Shown here: in pieces, positions 30,594 through 41,600 of the stretch
Position numbering within the stretch: the stretch's first letter is position 1
Layout: each line of letters opens with the position of its first letter
NCBI GenBank assembly: GCA_044226015.1
Contig: JBGAHS010000006.1
Coordinates: 288,001-352,000 of the forward strand
DNA: 64,000 nt
Source: Candidatus Obscuribacteraceae bacterium
GTDB lineage: Bacteria > Cyanobacteriota > Vampirovibrionia > Obscuribacterales > Obscuribacteraceae
Direction of reading: 5' to 3'
Translations under genes and position numbers: made by a program
The notes under the pieces: generated by a model
Seen by the model: the letters and a program-made list of their open reading frames with translations, nothing else
The model's database searches: none
Told to the model about the DNA's origin: nothing

Positions 30594-30832
30594 TTTTTTT
30601 GTTCCACCTCATTCGGTACATGTTTAACTTGACGCCAGCTCAAGCCCAATGTTCCATACTCCAGTATGGTTTTCTGAAAATCATGTATTGACGGGCCTTT
30701 ACGACAGAAAAAGAGTCCGAATTTCACCCATTTGAGGTCTCGTTGTAGCCAAAAGACGATTTCGATCTTCAAAAGTTTTGACGGGAACCGCAAGAGGACC
30801 TTTGAGTCAAAACCAGAAAGGAGGATGAAAAT

Positions 30833-31027
30833 ATGAATCTGCAAGATTCGCCTGCCCCTGACTTAAAAGAAGAGCCTGCGAGCACAAGGTTCATTTTTCT
30901 GTCCATGCTTGGTCTTTTCCTCGCCACGCTTTTATGGATAATATTTCAGAGTGCTGACCCAAAGATTCAAAGCGCCATGCCGATAGACAACCCACCATTT
31001 TTGATGCAAGCGAACCGGAATGACTGA
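30833..31027 (+). CDS. Small single-TM hypothetical protein
   Basis: Strong aggagg RBS; one hydrophobic helix. Confidence 0.55.
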   Translation: MNLQDSPAPDLKEEPASTRFIFLSMLGLFLATLLWIIFQSADPKIQSAMPIDNPPFLMQANRND

Positions 31028-31109
31028 CAGGGAAATCAACCATAACAATTTTGTTGGGAACGACCTTCAATATTATGCGTCCCAACTTCACTTTCGCGAC
31101 GGGGGCAAC

Positions 31110-32231
31110 ATGTTAAAAAAGACTTTCGTCTATATTTCAGCATCTATGTTTCTATGCCCGGCGAGCGTGCTGGCACAAGAAAACACTTTGCCAGGCAATA
31201 AAGCAACTCCAACCGAAGGACGTTTTCATGCTAACTATCCTTCAAGCAACGATGGAAGCATGAGCTTACTGCGCCTGAACGAGAGTTCTGCTTTGGATGA
31301 TACTGACCACAGAAGTACTCCTGAATCGAAGTCAGAACAATTGCAAAACAAATTACCAGCTTCTGTTGTAGTCCAAACCAAGCGCAAGAAGGGAAAATTC
31401 AGCCCTTTTTCAGCACTATATCCGATATCACCCATAGAAGGATTGTTGAAGCCGGTCACTAAATTGCAAGAGCAATCACTAAAATTGCAGACTCAAATTG
31501 CGCAACTTACAAAACCCGTTTCCAGCTTGCCGCCGTCGTTGTTTTCATTGGAGAACCGAATAGCTGGTCTCAGCGAAGGCATGGCAGAAATTAAAAACAG
31601 CATGAAGAGCATTGACCAGACTCTACGTCCAATGCACGAGCATCTGGGAGGAGTAAACGAAGGGCTGAATCAAACTTACTCCAGATTAGATCAAGTGAAA
31701 ACAGAATTAGCATCTACCGAAAAGAATATAGTCTCAGTGCGAGAACAAATGGGACCTATTCATACAGAGCTAAAGAAAATCAGCACAGATCTCGCTAGCG
31801 TGCGTTCAAGCATGGCAGACATCAACAAGCCAATCAGAGAGCTACGTCAGCCGATAATGGAGTTGAAGGGACCTATCACGGAACTGAAAGACCCTATCAA
31901 GAATTTGCAAAAGCCTTTAGAGGAGATTCGGGGTCCGTTGAATCAACTCAAGTCTCCTTTATATGGACTAAATCAGCCACTCGGAAGCGTACATGAAAAG
32001 TTAGAGAATGTTGATGCCCGTCTTACTGCTTTAGACAATCACCTGGTTCAGCTATATAAATTGATCTCTTTAGTGCTAACATCAATATTCGTTTCTGCAA
32101 TATTAATCGCTCTAGGGACGCCAGTCGTGGCTATTCTGCTCTGGAAAAACAGATACAAGCTGTTGAACCGTCATCCTCGTGAAATCGATTTACAGCGAAC
32201 ACTAGCCAGTGCAGGACGATACCAGCCTTAA
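31110..32231 (+). CDS. Exported coiled-coil protein with Pro-containing heptads and a C-terminal membrane anchor
   Basis: Start MLKKTF at 31110 with signal peptide; LxxPIxE heptads; C-terminal TM LISLVLTSIFVSAILIALGTPVVAILLW. Confidence 0.75.
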   Translation: MLKKTFVYISASMFLCPASVLAQENTLPGNKATPTEGRFHANYPSSNDGSMSLLRLNESSALDDTDHRSTPESKSEQLQNKLPASVVVQTKRKKGKFSPFSALYPISPIEGLLKPVTKLQEQSLKLQTQIAQLTKPVSSLPPSLFSLENRIAGLSEGMAEIKNSMKSIDQTLRPMHEHLGGVNEGLNQTYSRLDQVKTELASTEKNIVSVREQMGPIHTELKKISTDLASVRSSMADINKPIRELRQPIMELKGPITELKDPIKNLQKPLEEIRGPLNQLKSPLYGLNQPLGSVHEKLENVDARLTALDNHLVQLYKLISLVLTSIFVSAILIALGTPVVAILLWKNRYKLLNRHPREIDLQRTLASAGRYQP

Positions 32232-35200
32232 TTGGAAGAGTTTTTATCTGCCGCTGATTTTTCACGCCAGGCGAGAAAGGCTGATGCGAGAATAGCTAGA
32301 GCCACCATGCGTCCGCGCACTTCGCCGCCAGGTCCCTTTTCCTTTGCCAGACGATCAAGTTCGCCTTCACTTGCACGGAATCCGCGCATAGCTTCAGCAG
32401 CTCGTTCTTTTGCCTTGGCATGTTCTGGATGTTTAGCATCACTAAGTTGTGCGATGAAACGATTCTCCGATTCAATTGAAGCCTTTAGCTCTGCAATACG
32501 TTTTTGATCTCGCTCGCTCTCTTGCTTGCCTTCCTCTGCGGCCAATCGAGATTCTAAGTCTTTGACTTTCTCAGACCAAACTTCCACAAAACTGAGGTCA
32601 CGATCGGTACCACCAATACGAACACCGCGCTCTGAAATCTCAAGCTCTGCAACTTTGGGTTTCCCCTCCGGCAACCTTGTAATTTCAAGGCTCGCTGCGC
32701 CTGCTGTAGCCGAACTAGTGGTGCCAACATCGCTAGGCAAGACTACATGTTTTTCTAGTGATTTCGCCACAAAATCATTCATGCCAGCTCTATCAGTTCT
32801 GGCACTCGAAGAGTTTCCTCTATTGGTCTGCTCCAGAAGAGCAACATAAACAGATTTGGAGAGTTCGCCCACATTACCTCGAATGAGTCCTTCAGGCACA
32901 CTTATCTTGGTTTGCACCTTATCGGCGGGTAATTCAGTTTTTCCGTCACCGAGGAAGAACTTTCCCTCAACTTTCGATACTGGCTTCGACTCTGCACCAT
33001 CACCGGTACTATATGATATCTCCACCTTTGTGCCGTCTTTGTTCACCACAAAATCAACGCGCTCTGGGTGCAGATTGGCATCCTTTATCCCAGCACCTTG
33101 CATAAAGTCAAAAACGGCATCTCTCAAACGCAAACCTGCATCACTCGGGTTCGAGCGCATATCGCCAGATGCCCTTTCGATGTGGTCATGAAAATCTTTA
33201 ACTGCTCGCTCGTTAAGCAGTTCTTTGGGCACAGCTAGTTTGTCGGGCGGAGTCGGTTCGAAAACAGCATTCTGTCCTTCACCTGCCAGCTTTCGCTGAA
33301 GCTCTTCATTAGCAGCTTTAAGCTGCTCAATTTCTCTCTCTCTTATTGCCAACTCTTCTTGATGTCTCTGCTGATTTTCAGCGATTATAGCTTCATCGCC
33401 AACAGGTTTGAGTTTTTGCGCCGCAAGTTCTCTGACTTGCTCTTTACTTAGGTTTGAATCAGGAGCAACTTTGACATAGAGAAGGTCACCCCTTCCAGGC
33501 TTTATGACAGCAGTTTTGCCACCATCATTGACTCTCAGGCGTCCATCAGCGTTGCGCACCCCCTCGACTGGATATTCTTTCCCATCTTTCGTCTTCAGTG
33601 TCAGTCGTGGTTCCTCTCCAGGCTTTAGCGACGGAGTTTGCTCCGCCTCAACACGCTTCACGCGCGAAGACATTTCCCATGACCTGCTAACGTAATTCTT
33701 GAGATTTCCGATGGGCTTAAATACATATTTCCCAACGAGATGAAATGCCAAAATCCCCGCCAGTGTTTCTCCAGCGAAAGTGAGTGCTCTTAGCCAACCT
33801 GGCTTGTCCTCTGGTTTTCCACCGGCTTTGATCATTTCCTCTTTGATTTTTTCTACAGCAGGTTTTCCAAGTTCTGCAGCTGCATTCAAATCAATATTTT
33901 CTGCTGGCTTTCGCTGAGCAATAATCAATGCACCTTGCACTGTCGGGTCTAACTTGTATGCCGGATCAATGTTCTCAATTGATTTCAACATATTGATGCT
34001 TTGCTCATTTAGTGAGGCATCCTTCGTCTGAACGCTTGCTTGCTGCAGCGCAAGAGCATAACTCAATCGTGCTTCGAAACCGAGACGGGCTTTTGCGACA
34101 AGCTCTACTGCTCTGTCCTCCATCTGATTTAGCTTTTCACCAGTGATTGAATCGCCAGCAACTATTCTCTTTTTCGTAAGTTCCTCAATCTCTTCGTTGG
34201 TCTTCTTTTGATCAACCAAATCAGCAGCACCAATAGCTTTCTCAAAGTGCTCTCTTGCTTTCGCAAGACGCTCGCTCACTGTGCCCAAGCTAGCGTCAGC
34301 CATTATCTGCTGAGCCTTTTTCATGTCTCCGTAGCCGTGTACTTTAGCTTCAACTGATTGCGTTTCTTTCTCATCAAGCTTGTACTTATCAACGAGTTGA
34401 ATGATCTCTGGAATATTTGCTGGTGCAAACCTATCGCGCACAGAATCCTTCAATAGAGTTTCGATCTGCTTTTGATCAGACTTCTGACCAGCTCGATCAA
34501 GCGCTATCGCGTACAAGCCTGATACAACACCGTAGGAATGCAACACGGACATATCTTGCTGGTGCATGTTTCTGCGCACCAACCCAGCAGCATTGTCTAC
34601 TGTGAATTTGTCCATTTGATTTTTCTGGTCTAGATATGCTGCTATTTTGGGATCCTTCTTTCCTTCTTCATCAAGCATGCGCTGAAATACACCGCGCCTG
34701 ACAGTGTCACTTTTCGGCAATTGTCCGATAAGTCCTTCAAGTTCTCCTACTCGTTTTTGTGCATCGGGGCTCAACTCACCCACCGCCTTTTGAACAGCAC
34801 GAAGATTAAGAACAAATTGCTTCTCTTTCTCAGGTGTCCACGGCGGCAGTTCGACTCCATTTTGCATGACTCGAACTTTACTTTGCACATCATCGATGAG
34901 TTTCTGTTGATGGTCAGAAACCCAAGTTGGTAAAGGCTTAGCTGCATCTTTCAATGCGTCTTCGAATGCTTTTCGCTGCGCGACAGTCAGCTCTTTTCCT
35001 GGCTCAACAGTCTTAAGTGCTTCAAATGCGCGTTGGGTTGAGTTGAGCGTGCCCTGAGGGATAGATTTCAGAAACTCGGGGTCAGCAACTTTTTCGAGCT
35101 TGGAATTTTCCGACTTCACCTTATCTGCAGCATCTTTTACAGCTACGGGAGCCTCGGTTCGAGAATCTTTTTTGGGAGAAACCTGTTCAACTTTAGGCGA

Positions 35201-35482
35201 AACATCTGGCGTCGATGGTTTTGCTGGAGGAATATCATTCTTTCCCGGAATAGGCGCGTCAGGCTTCGGTGAATCAGGCTTTGGGGCATCTGCTTTCTTT
35301 TGCCCGAATGGAGACTTGTGCCTGCGCTCATCCTCCCCACCATCTGCAAGAGCCAGCTGGGTTTGCACCGGTCTGGACCTATCACGTTCCCAATCGACTG
35401 CAGTGGCTAATTGATCAGAAGAGTCATCCCCTTTCTTTTCATCAAGCTGATTCTCGTCTTCACTGGTCTTATCCTTCGCCAT
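32228..35482 (-). CDS. Large hypothetical protein; C-terminal ~320 aa paralogous to an internal block of the adjacent giant protein
   Basis: 1084-aa ORF, gagg RBS, acidic leader, central hydrophobic segment, shared block ending MVALAILASAFLAWREK. Confidence 0.85.
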   Translation of the reverse strand: MAKDKTSEDENQLDEKKGDDSSDQLATAVDWERDRSRPVQTQLALADGGEDERRHKSPFGQKKADAPKPDSPKPDAPIPGKNDIPPAKPSTPDVSPKVEQVSPKKDSRTEAPVAVKDAADKVKSENSKLEKVADPEFLKSIPQGTLNSTQRAFEALKTVEPGKELTVAQRKAFEDALKDAAKPLPTWVSDHQQKLIDDVQSKVRVMQNGVELPPWTPEKEKQFVLNLRAVQKAVGELSPDAQKRVGELEGLIGQLPKSDTVRRGVFQRMLDEEGKKDPKIAAYLDQKNQMDKFTVDNAAGLVRRNMHQQDMSVLHSYGVVSGLYAIALDRAGQKSDQKQIETLLKDSVRDRFAPANIPEIIQLVDKYKLDEKETQSVEAKVHGYGDMKKAQQIMADASLGTVSERLAKAREHFEKAIGAADLVDQKKTNEEIEELTKKRIVAGDSITGEKLNQMEDRAVELVAKARLGFEARLSYALALQQASVQTKDASLNEQSINMLKSIENIDPAYKLDPTVQGALIIAQRKPAENIDLNAAAELGKPAVEKIKEEMIKAGGKPEDKPGWLRALTFAGETLAGILAFHLVGKYVFKPIGNLKNYVSRSWEMSSRVKRVEAEQTPSLKPGEEPRLTLKTKDGKEYPVEGVRNADGRLRVNDGGKTAVIKPGRGDLLYVKVAPDSNLSKEQVRELAAQKLKPVGDEAIIAENQQRHQEELAIREREIEQLKAANEELQRKLAGEGQNAVFEPTPPDKLAVPKELLNERAVKDFHDHIERASGDMRSNPSDAGLRLRDAVFDFMQGAGIKDANLHPERVDFVVNKDGTKVEISYSTGDGAESKPVSKVEGKFFLGDGKTELPADKVQTKISVPEGLIRGNVGELSKSVYVALLEQTNRGNSSSARTDRAGMNDFVAKSLEKHVVLPSDVGTTSSATAGAASLEITRLPEGKPKVAELEISERGVRIGGTDRDLSFVEVWSEKVKDLESRLAAEEGKQESERDQKRIAELKASIESENRFIAQLSDAKHPEHAKAKERAAEAMRGFRASEGELDRLAKEKGPGGEVRGRMVALAILASAFLAWREKSAADKNSSN

Positions 35483-35695
35483 TTAACGAACCTCAAAAAT
35501 TGCAGCAAACAAAACTGCACAGATCTTCAATCTGTGCACGTCATTTCAAAAAATGATTCCTGTTTGACACGGACCTTCCTCTTTTCCGGAAAGCCCACCA
35601 TCCCCATGAAAAGATAATGCCGCCCGGACAATTTAATGTCAATGCGCAGTTCCGCATTTTTGCACTAATAGTTGTATTCCCGAATCCTTCGGGAC

Positions 35696-38600
35696 CTATT
35701 TTGCCCCCGCTGGAACAGATGTGCGTTCAGCCATCATCTTTTCGTATCGACTTCTGTAAACCGCGGCCTTATCAGGCTGACCGTTCCTCTCTAGAACGCT
35801 TGCGTAGTAGTTGAAGAGACCTATGGTTGAAGTGTCTTTCTCACCCTTGGCTCTTAGTCCAGCTTCAAGGGCCTTTTCGTAAGCATTGAAGGTTAATGCA
35901 ACTTGTTCTTTTGTACTTTCGCGATTGTCAGTTATCGTTTGACCGATCCACCAGAACGCTTCAAATGCGCGCTCAGCCTCCTCTTTACTCAAGGAGGCAA
36001 AATTCAGACTGGGAAGCTTATCGTTAACGGCTTTCAGATGTTCGATTGCTTTGTTTTTCGAACCGTCCTTATCCGTAAGCATCATTGGCTTCAAAGTTTG
36101 AAGAAGAGCTGCATACAACATGGTTTTGTCATGATCGCTCAGAGAAGGCGCTTTTAACAGCTCACTGATTTTCTCAACATTTTTCATGGCGGCACTCATT
36201 TCACCACATTGCATTTGAATTGCAGCGGCTTTAGCTAGCGAATAGCCTTCCTCAGCACGTTTTGCCGGGTCTTTTGCATAGATTCCCGCCGCTTCGAGGT
36301 TCAAGCTCAGGGCCTTGCCATAGTCGCGTGTCCTCTCCATCATTTGAGCAGCTCTCGAAATTGTATCGGCTGTCTCAACTGCATTTGGAGCATTCTTCTT
36401 GATCACATCAAGAGCCAATTCCGTCTGCGCTTTTATCTTCGAGGCATTGTAATAATATCCGTCACCCTTCATCATCGCAGAAGCGTAGCGCATTCGAGCC
36501 TGGGCAAGTTCAATGCTATCTGCTGGAAGAGCCTTTTCTCTTGCCGCTATAGACTGCTCCCAGAGCTGCTCGGATTCCCATTTTCTGGTCGAATTGCTTG
36601 CCTTCTTCTCAAGATCTTCAGCTTCATTACCAGTGTTAGGATTAGCCTTCAACCATTTATCAACCAGTTCATAAACCTGGTCAGATTTTGACGTCTCGAA
36701 TTTGTCCAGAACAGACTTGAAGGTCTCCCAAAACTCATTGTTTCGCTTGTCCTTGCCATCAAGACGGCTCTGCGCAACTTCAAGAAACTCTTTTATCAAA
36801 TGCATCTTGTTTGGATTGTCTTTTTCCAAACTTTCAATTTGTTTCTTCGCTTGAGCGCTTACCGAAGCATCAGAACTGCCCAGACAACTGATCACTTGCT
36901 TCCAGGCGCCTGACCAGAGTTTGTAGTCATCTTTTGTTAGTTTTGTATCTTTTGCAAGAACCTTATTTGCTAGCTCAAGACGAGCCTGCTCCGCGCCTCG
37001 GCCTGGCAGATTAGCCAGCAACTCCTTCAAAGCTTCGTCGTTCTTATCTATGGGATTTGAGATGCGAGCAATGGCATCTACGAAATGCTTCTGCATTTGA
37101 CTTTTCACAACGGCATCGTTGCTTTCGCTCAACTCAGAGAAAACTTTATAAGCCTGTATACGCATAGGGTCTCCGACCTTAACGCCTGAATTTGCGTCAA
37201 GTACACCGACTGCAAGCCCCATTCTTATTCTCTCACTGAGCCCATTTACTTGCAGCAGATCTCTTATCGCTGACAAACGTGGGTCATCAGATGATAGAGG
37301 TCGCGCCTTCATGTCTAAAGCAGCTTTCTCTAGAATTTGCCCCATTTCACTAAGTTGTGGTGACTTTGATTCTGGCAATTGGCTAATAAAAGAGTATGCC
37401 TTAAGAAGCTGTGCTTCAGCTTCAGGAGAGCGATTGCTTCCCCCATACAATTTGAGCATATGTTCCATTTTCGACTGTAGTATTTCTGGCCTCAGTGCCA
37501 GATGTGGTGGCAGTTTGAAATCAGAACTCTCACCAATTGCTTTCATGTAATTCTTTATGAGTTCACCATATTTTGGATCCTTCAGCATTTTCTCATGGTC
37601 TTGCTGCAGATCCGCAGCTAAGTTTCTCTGAGTTCTAACAAGTGTCTTCAAAGCATCAAGACTGTCATTCATAACTTTTGCAGCCGCCTCTTTTGGCATG
37701 GCCGCTAACAAGTCATAAGCTTCTTGCTTGGGAAACTCAGGCGTGATTCGAGCCAGAGCAACGTCAAGGTTTTCTGAACGAAGATTTTTCATCAACGATA
37801 TTGCATAAGGCTTATCAGCCGATTCTCCCATAGCTAACCGCGTAGTTTCCTCCACGGCAAGCTTAATAGTATCGTTGGCGACAGCGCGTTTTATTCCATT
37901 TGCCTTAAGTGTGTACTCAAGTGCTGCCATCTTCAAGTTATGGTCACCACTATTGATGGCATCTTTCAGCGGCGCCAATCGAGAGTCAGCGGCATCTTTT
38001 ATTTCCAGTGGAGTTTTGCTCTCTGCCATTTCTGCAAACATGGTGGCAAACTTCTTGCTTAAGGGGTGACTAGCACCCAATGTTGAGCTGGACAGAGTAG
38101 CCGCTCTAACAATTGCAGCCTGAGCCAGTCCAAGTTTGTCACTTGCCTCAAGACGCCTCAATGTCTCTTCAAGCGCTTTCTCGAGGCGCGCTGTATTTTC
38201 TGCAGAATCAGCTTTGAGATTTTTTACCGCATCAAGACTTCCATGCGCTGCAGCTGCAGAATCAGCGCCATCTAGTTTTGCTGAAATCAAAGCAGCTCTG
38301 GCTCTTATTTGTTCACTGTTTGCACCCTGGGACAACTCAGCCATCACGCGAGCAGCTGCGAATTGGTGCTCTTCAGTGAAATGTCCATTACTCTTGTCCA
38401 TGATGAAGTCAGCAGCTTTGTATCTGAGTTCCTCGGACTTGTTGCTCAAGGCAAACTTTGCATATACACTTGCTGCAAGCTTAAGATCTGTCTCCTTGAG
38501 ACCCCTATTCTCGGGAGAGAGTAGCAGCTCAGCAGCACGCACCCTCTGAATTTCCGAGAGTTTAGGATCATTCAGCGCCGACACAAGGAAGGGCACCCTC

Positions 38601-41600
38601 TGGTCAACTGCAGAGCGAATGCTCGGAAATTTTACACTAGATTCGCTAGATACCATTTGATCGACGATTCGAACAATACCATCATTCTTGCGCTTGAGAA
38701 TTTCCTGGTGTGCTTTGTTAGCAGACTCTCTGACTGAAGCATCTGAATGCTGAGTGGCAAAATATTTCAACGCCGGAATCATCTCTTTGTTTCCGAACCT
38801 CTGTAGCGTATCGAGCAACCTATTCTGATAGGCTACACTCTCGTTGTATCCTGCCTGACCTTGCCTTGGCATGAAGCGCATTTCCTGCTCAAGTGCTAGC
38901 GCAGCAATGCCGGCAGCTACCTCTGCATTCATTTTTCCTTTGTTTGGATCTGCAAGAGAATCAAGCGCATCCACAACTTTCTTTTTGTTATCTGCTGAAA
39001 GATCAATTTTCTCAGTCAACAAACTCTGCACGATCCAAGTCATATCGCCTCTTCCTGGACCGCTGTCCTTGCAGATTTTAGTGATTGCATCAACAGCCTT
39101 ATCGACAGCCTTAACTTTATCGGCATCTTCCAGCCCCAGTTCCTTGCCGTTACTCATAACAATGAAGGCGAGTGCTTTTCGTGCAAGAACACTTTGCGAA
39201 TCGTCGCCATCCTTCATCGCTTTTAGCATCAACTGATCAAATGACGACCACACATCGTTAATGACATTGGCTTTAGCATCTTTCTTCTTAGCTTCAAGTT
39301 CCTCTCTTCCCATGAGAAACTTGGTTAAGCCGCCGAGATTCGAAAGCATTTGGTTTACAGCCTGCCTCTCTGCTTCAAACCTTCCGGACCAGGTAAGAAG
39401 ACTCGAGTTTAGTTCCTTCGCAACTTGTCCCCACTTCCCCCACTCCCAGCTGAGAACGTCTTTGGGTCCCTCCAGCAGTGAAGCTCTTATTCGCTCAAAG
39501 GCTTGCTGATATTTTGCATTTCCTACCGCGCTAGTATTGTCCGGTCGTTCGGATGAGCCCAATCGAGGCTTATCTGGAGTATCAGAGATTGCTTTCTCCA
39601 CCATGCTTGAATCAATCCGTTTCAACTGATCAAGCATTGATTGGGCAAGTTTTGCTCTGCCAGTGGAGGAGCCATTTTTCACAATATCAGCACAGGCTTC
39701 TGCAATGCCATTGCGATCTAAAGATACAGGAGAATCCATCAAATATTGTGCAGCGGTTAGTCGCACCATGTCGTTCTTATCACGTAGAGCTTCTCGAAGC
39801 ACCGTCAAACGAGGGTCATCTTCACCCTTTATTGGCTCGACAAACATAGCCATATGCAGTGATTTTGAAACTGTATAGCCGTCTGCGTTTCTGTCAGCAA
39901 GTGCCTTGCCCATAAAATCAGCAAGTTTGTTTGCATCAGCCGGAGAATTAAATATTGAAGCAGGGTCATTCTTCTGCGCGTAGCGCAGCTCTAATTCAGC
40001 AGCTTTCCGCGCTAACTCATTTGATTCCGACTGATTATTTGACAATATTTTTGCAGCAGAAGATACAGAACGAAGTGGATGCGCGGCAGCATCACCATAG
40101 CCCGCAAAGACTTTCTGCTCTGTTCCGTCGGAACCAGATTTCGTGTAGACAGCACCATTTGCGTCAGTAAATCGTAAAGTTCCTCCGCGTCCACCCTCCA
40201 GAACCAGAAGTGTACCCTTATCAAAATTCCATGGCAGAACATTCATTCCTCTAAGAGATTCGGTTGATAGTATTTGCCCATCGGCACCCTTACCAACAAA
40301 TGAACCGTAGTTCTTATCCAATGACCAGGTTTGTACACTGTTGGCAGGCTTCGTTGTTACGCTTACATTTACTTTCTTTTCGTCACCCGTGAACACAAAC
40401 TCTTTTGTTTCTTTGCCACCAGGATATGTAAGAGTTATTTTGCGAGTATTCCCGCTCAATTCCTCTTCTATGAGCATTCCATTGACCTTCTGTACGTATG
40501 ATTTACCATCCTTTTTGTAGGTAAAATCACCGAAATCTCCTTTGACATTGAAACGGTCAAAGGTGCTCCACTGATATCGGTCAGTGGGACATGTCTCTGC
40601 TTTATTTAGCTGCACAGATGGTGCCTCTATCTTTTCTCCAGACTTAGTCTTGAAAAACTGAGGTTCTTGCGAATCGCGCTCAAAGACTTTACCAGAGGGA
40701 TACTCAGTAAATTTCACGACGCGGTCTTTCGAATCATATTCGAATTTGCGAATATTGCCAGCGTAATCAACCAGCTGAGGACGTCCGGCTGCATCAACAG
40801 ATTTAATTGGTTCTTTGTGCGATAGGGCATCGAGAATAGGAGCAATCTTCTCGCTCTTTAACTCTCGAAGGGCTTCAACAATTTTCTCCTGTAGCGCGAC
40901 ACTTTTTCCATATTCATCGTAGTTTGCAAGCGGGATTCGAGGCATACGCTTCAACTCAGCCTCAAGAACCCTTGCTAAAACAATTGCGGCCTCGTCCTTG
41001 CTTACTACTCCATTCTCTCCTGGCTTAAGTCCCATATATGAATCTACCAGCGAATGCCTGGCTGAGGCGCTTAGTGAGGGATTATTCAATAAAGCAGCTT
41101 CAAGTGGTCCGGCTAATTCACTTGCATATTTCTTAATCGCATCCATGTCTTTGTATGCATTGAAGATAGGTCCATACAATCCAGCTGCCGCTATTTCTGC
41201 GCTGTGTAATTCGGGATGGGTTACCGCATAGATGAGAGCTTTTCTGGCCTCAACACATTCTGGTTTGAAGGGATCAAACATCTTTCCAAAGCCATCAGAG
41301 CCCAGCGCCAGACTGCGTGCTTGAGACACCCAGAATTTTTCCGAACCATTCCGAGAAATCTTATTGTAGGTGTCTAAACCGTCATTTAGTAAGCCAGGTT
41401 TGGCGCGGTCGCGAACACGACTCTCCAATCGCTCGACTTCCTCCATAGCTTTGACAGGATCCATATCAGGACGTTGTCCGTATTCAAGATTTCTGAGGCG
41501 CGCCAGAACAGCTGGGTCCTTTTCGGTACGCAAAGCCTGCAATGCTATTTCATGAACTTCCAATGGCAGTGCTTTCTCTAAAGTCTTCACCGCTTGCAAC

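Noticed and set aside
40180..40800. Giant protein as a classical Rhs toxin
   Set aside because: Only a few YD-like repeats, and no Rhs core cleavage motif or C-terminal toxin tip recognised
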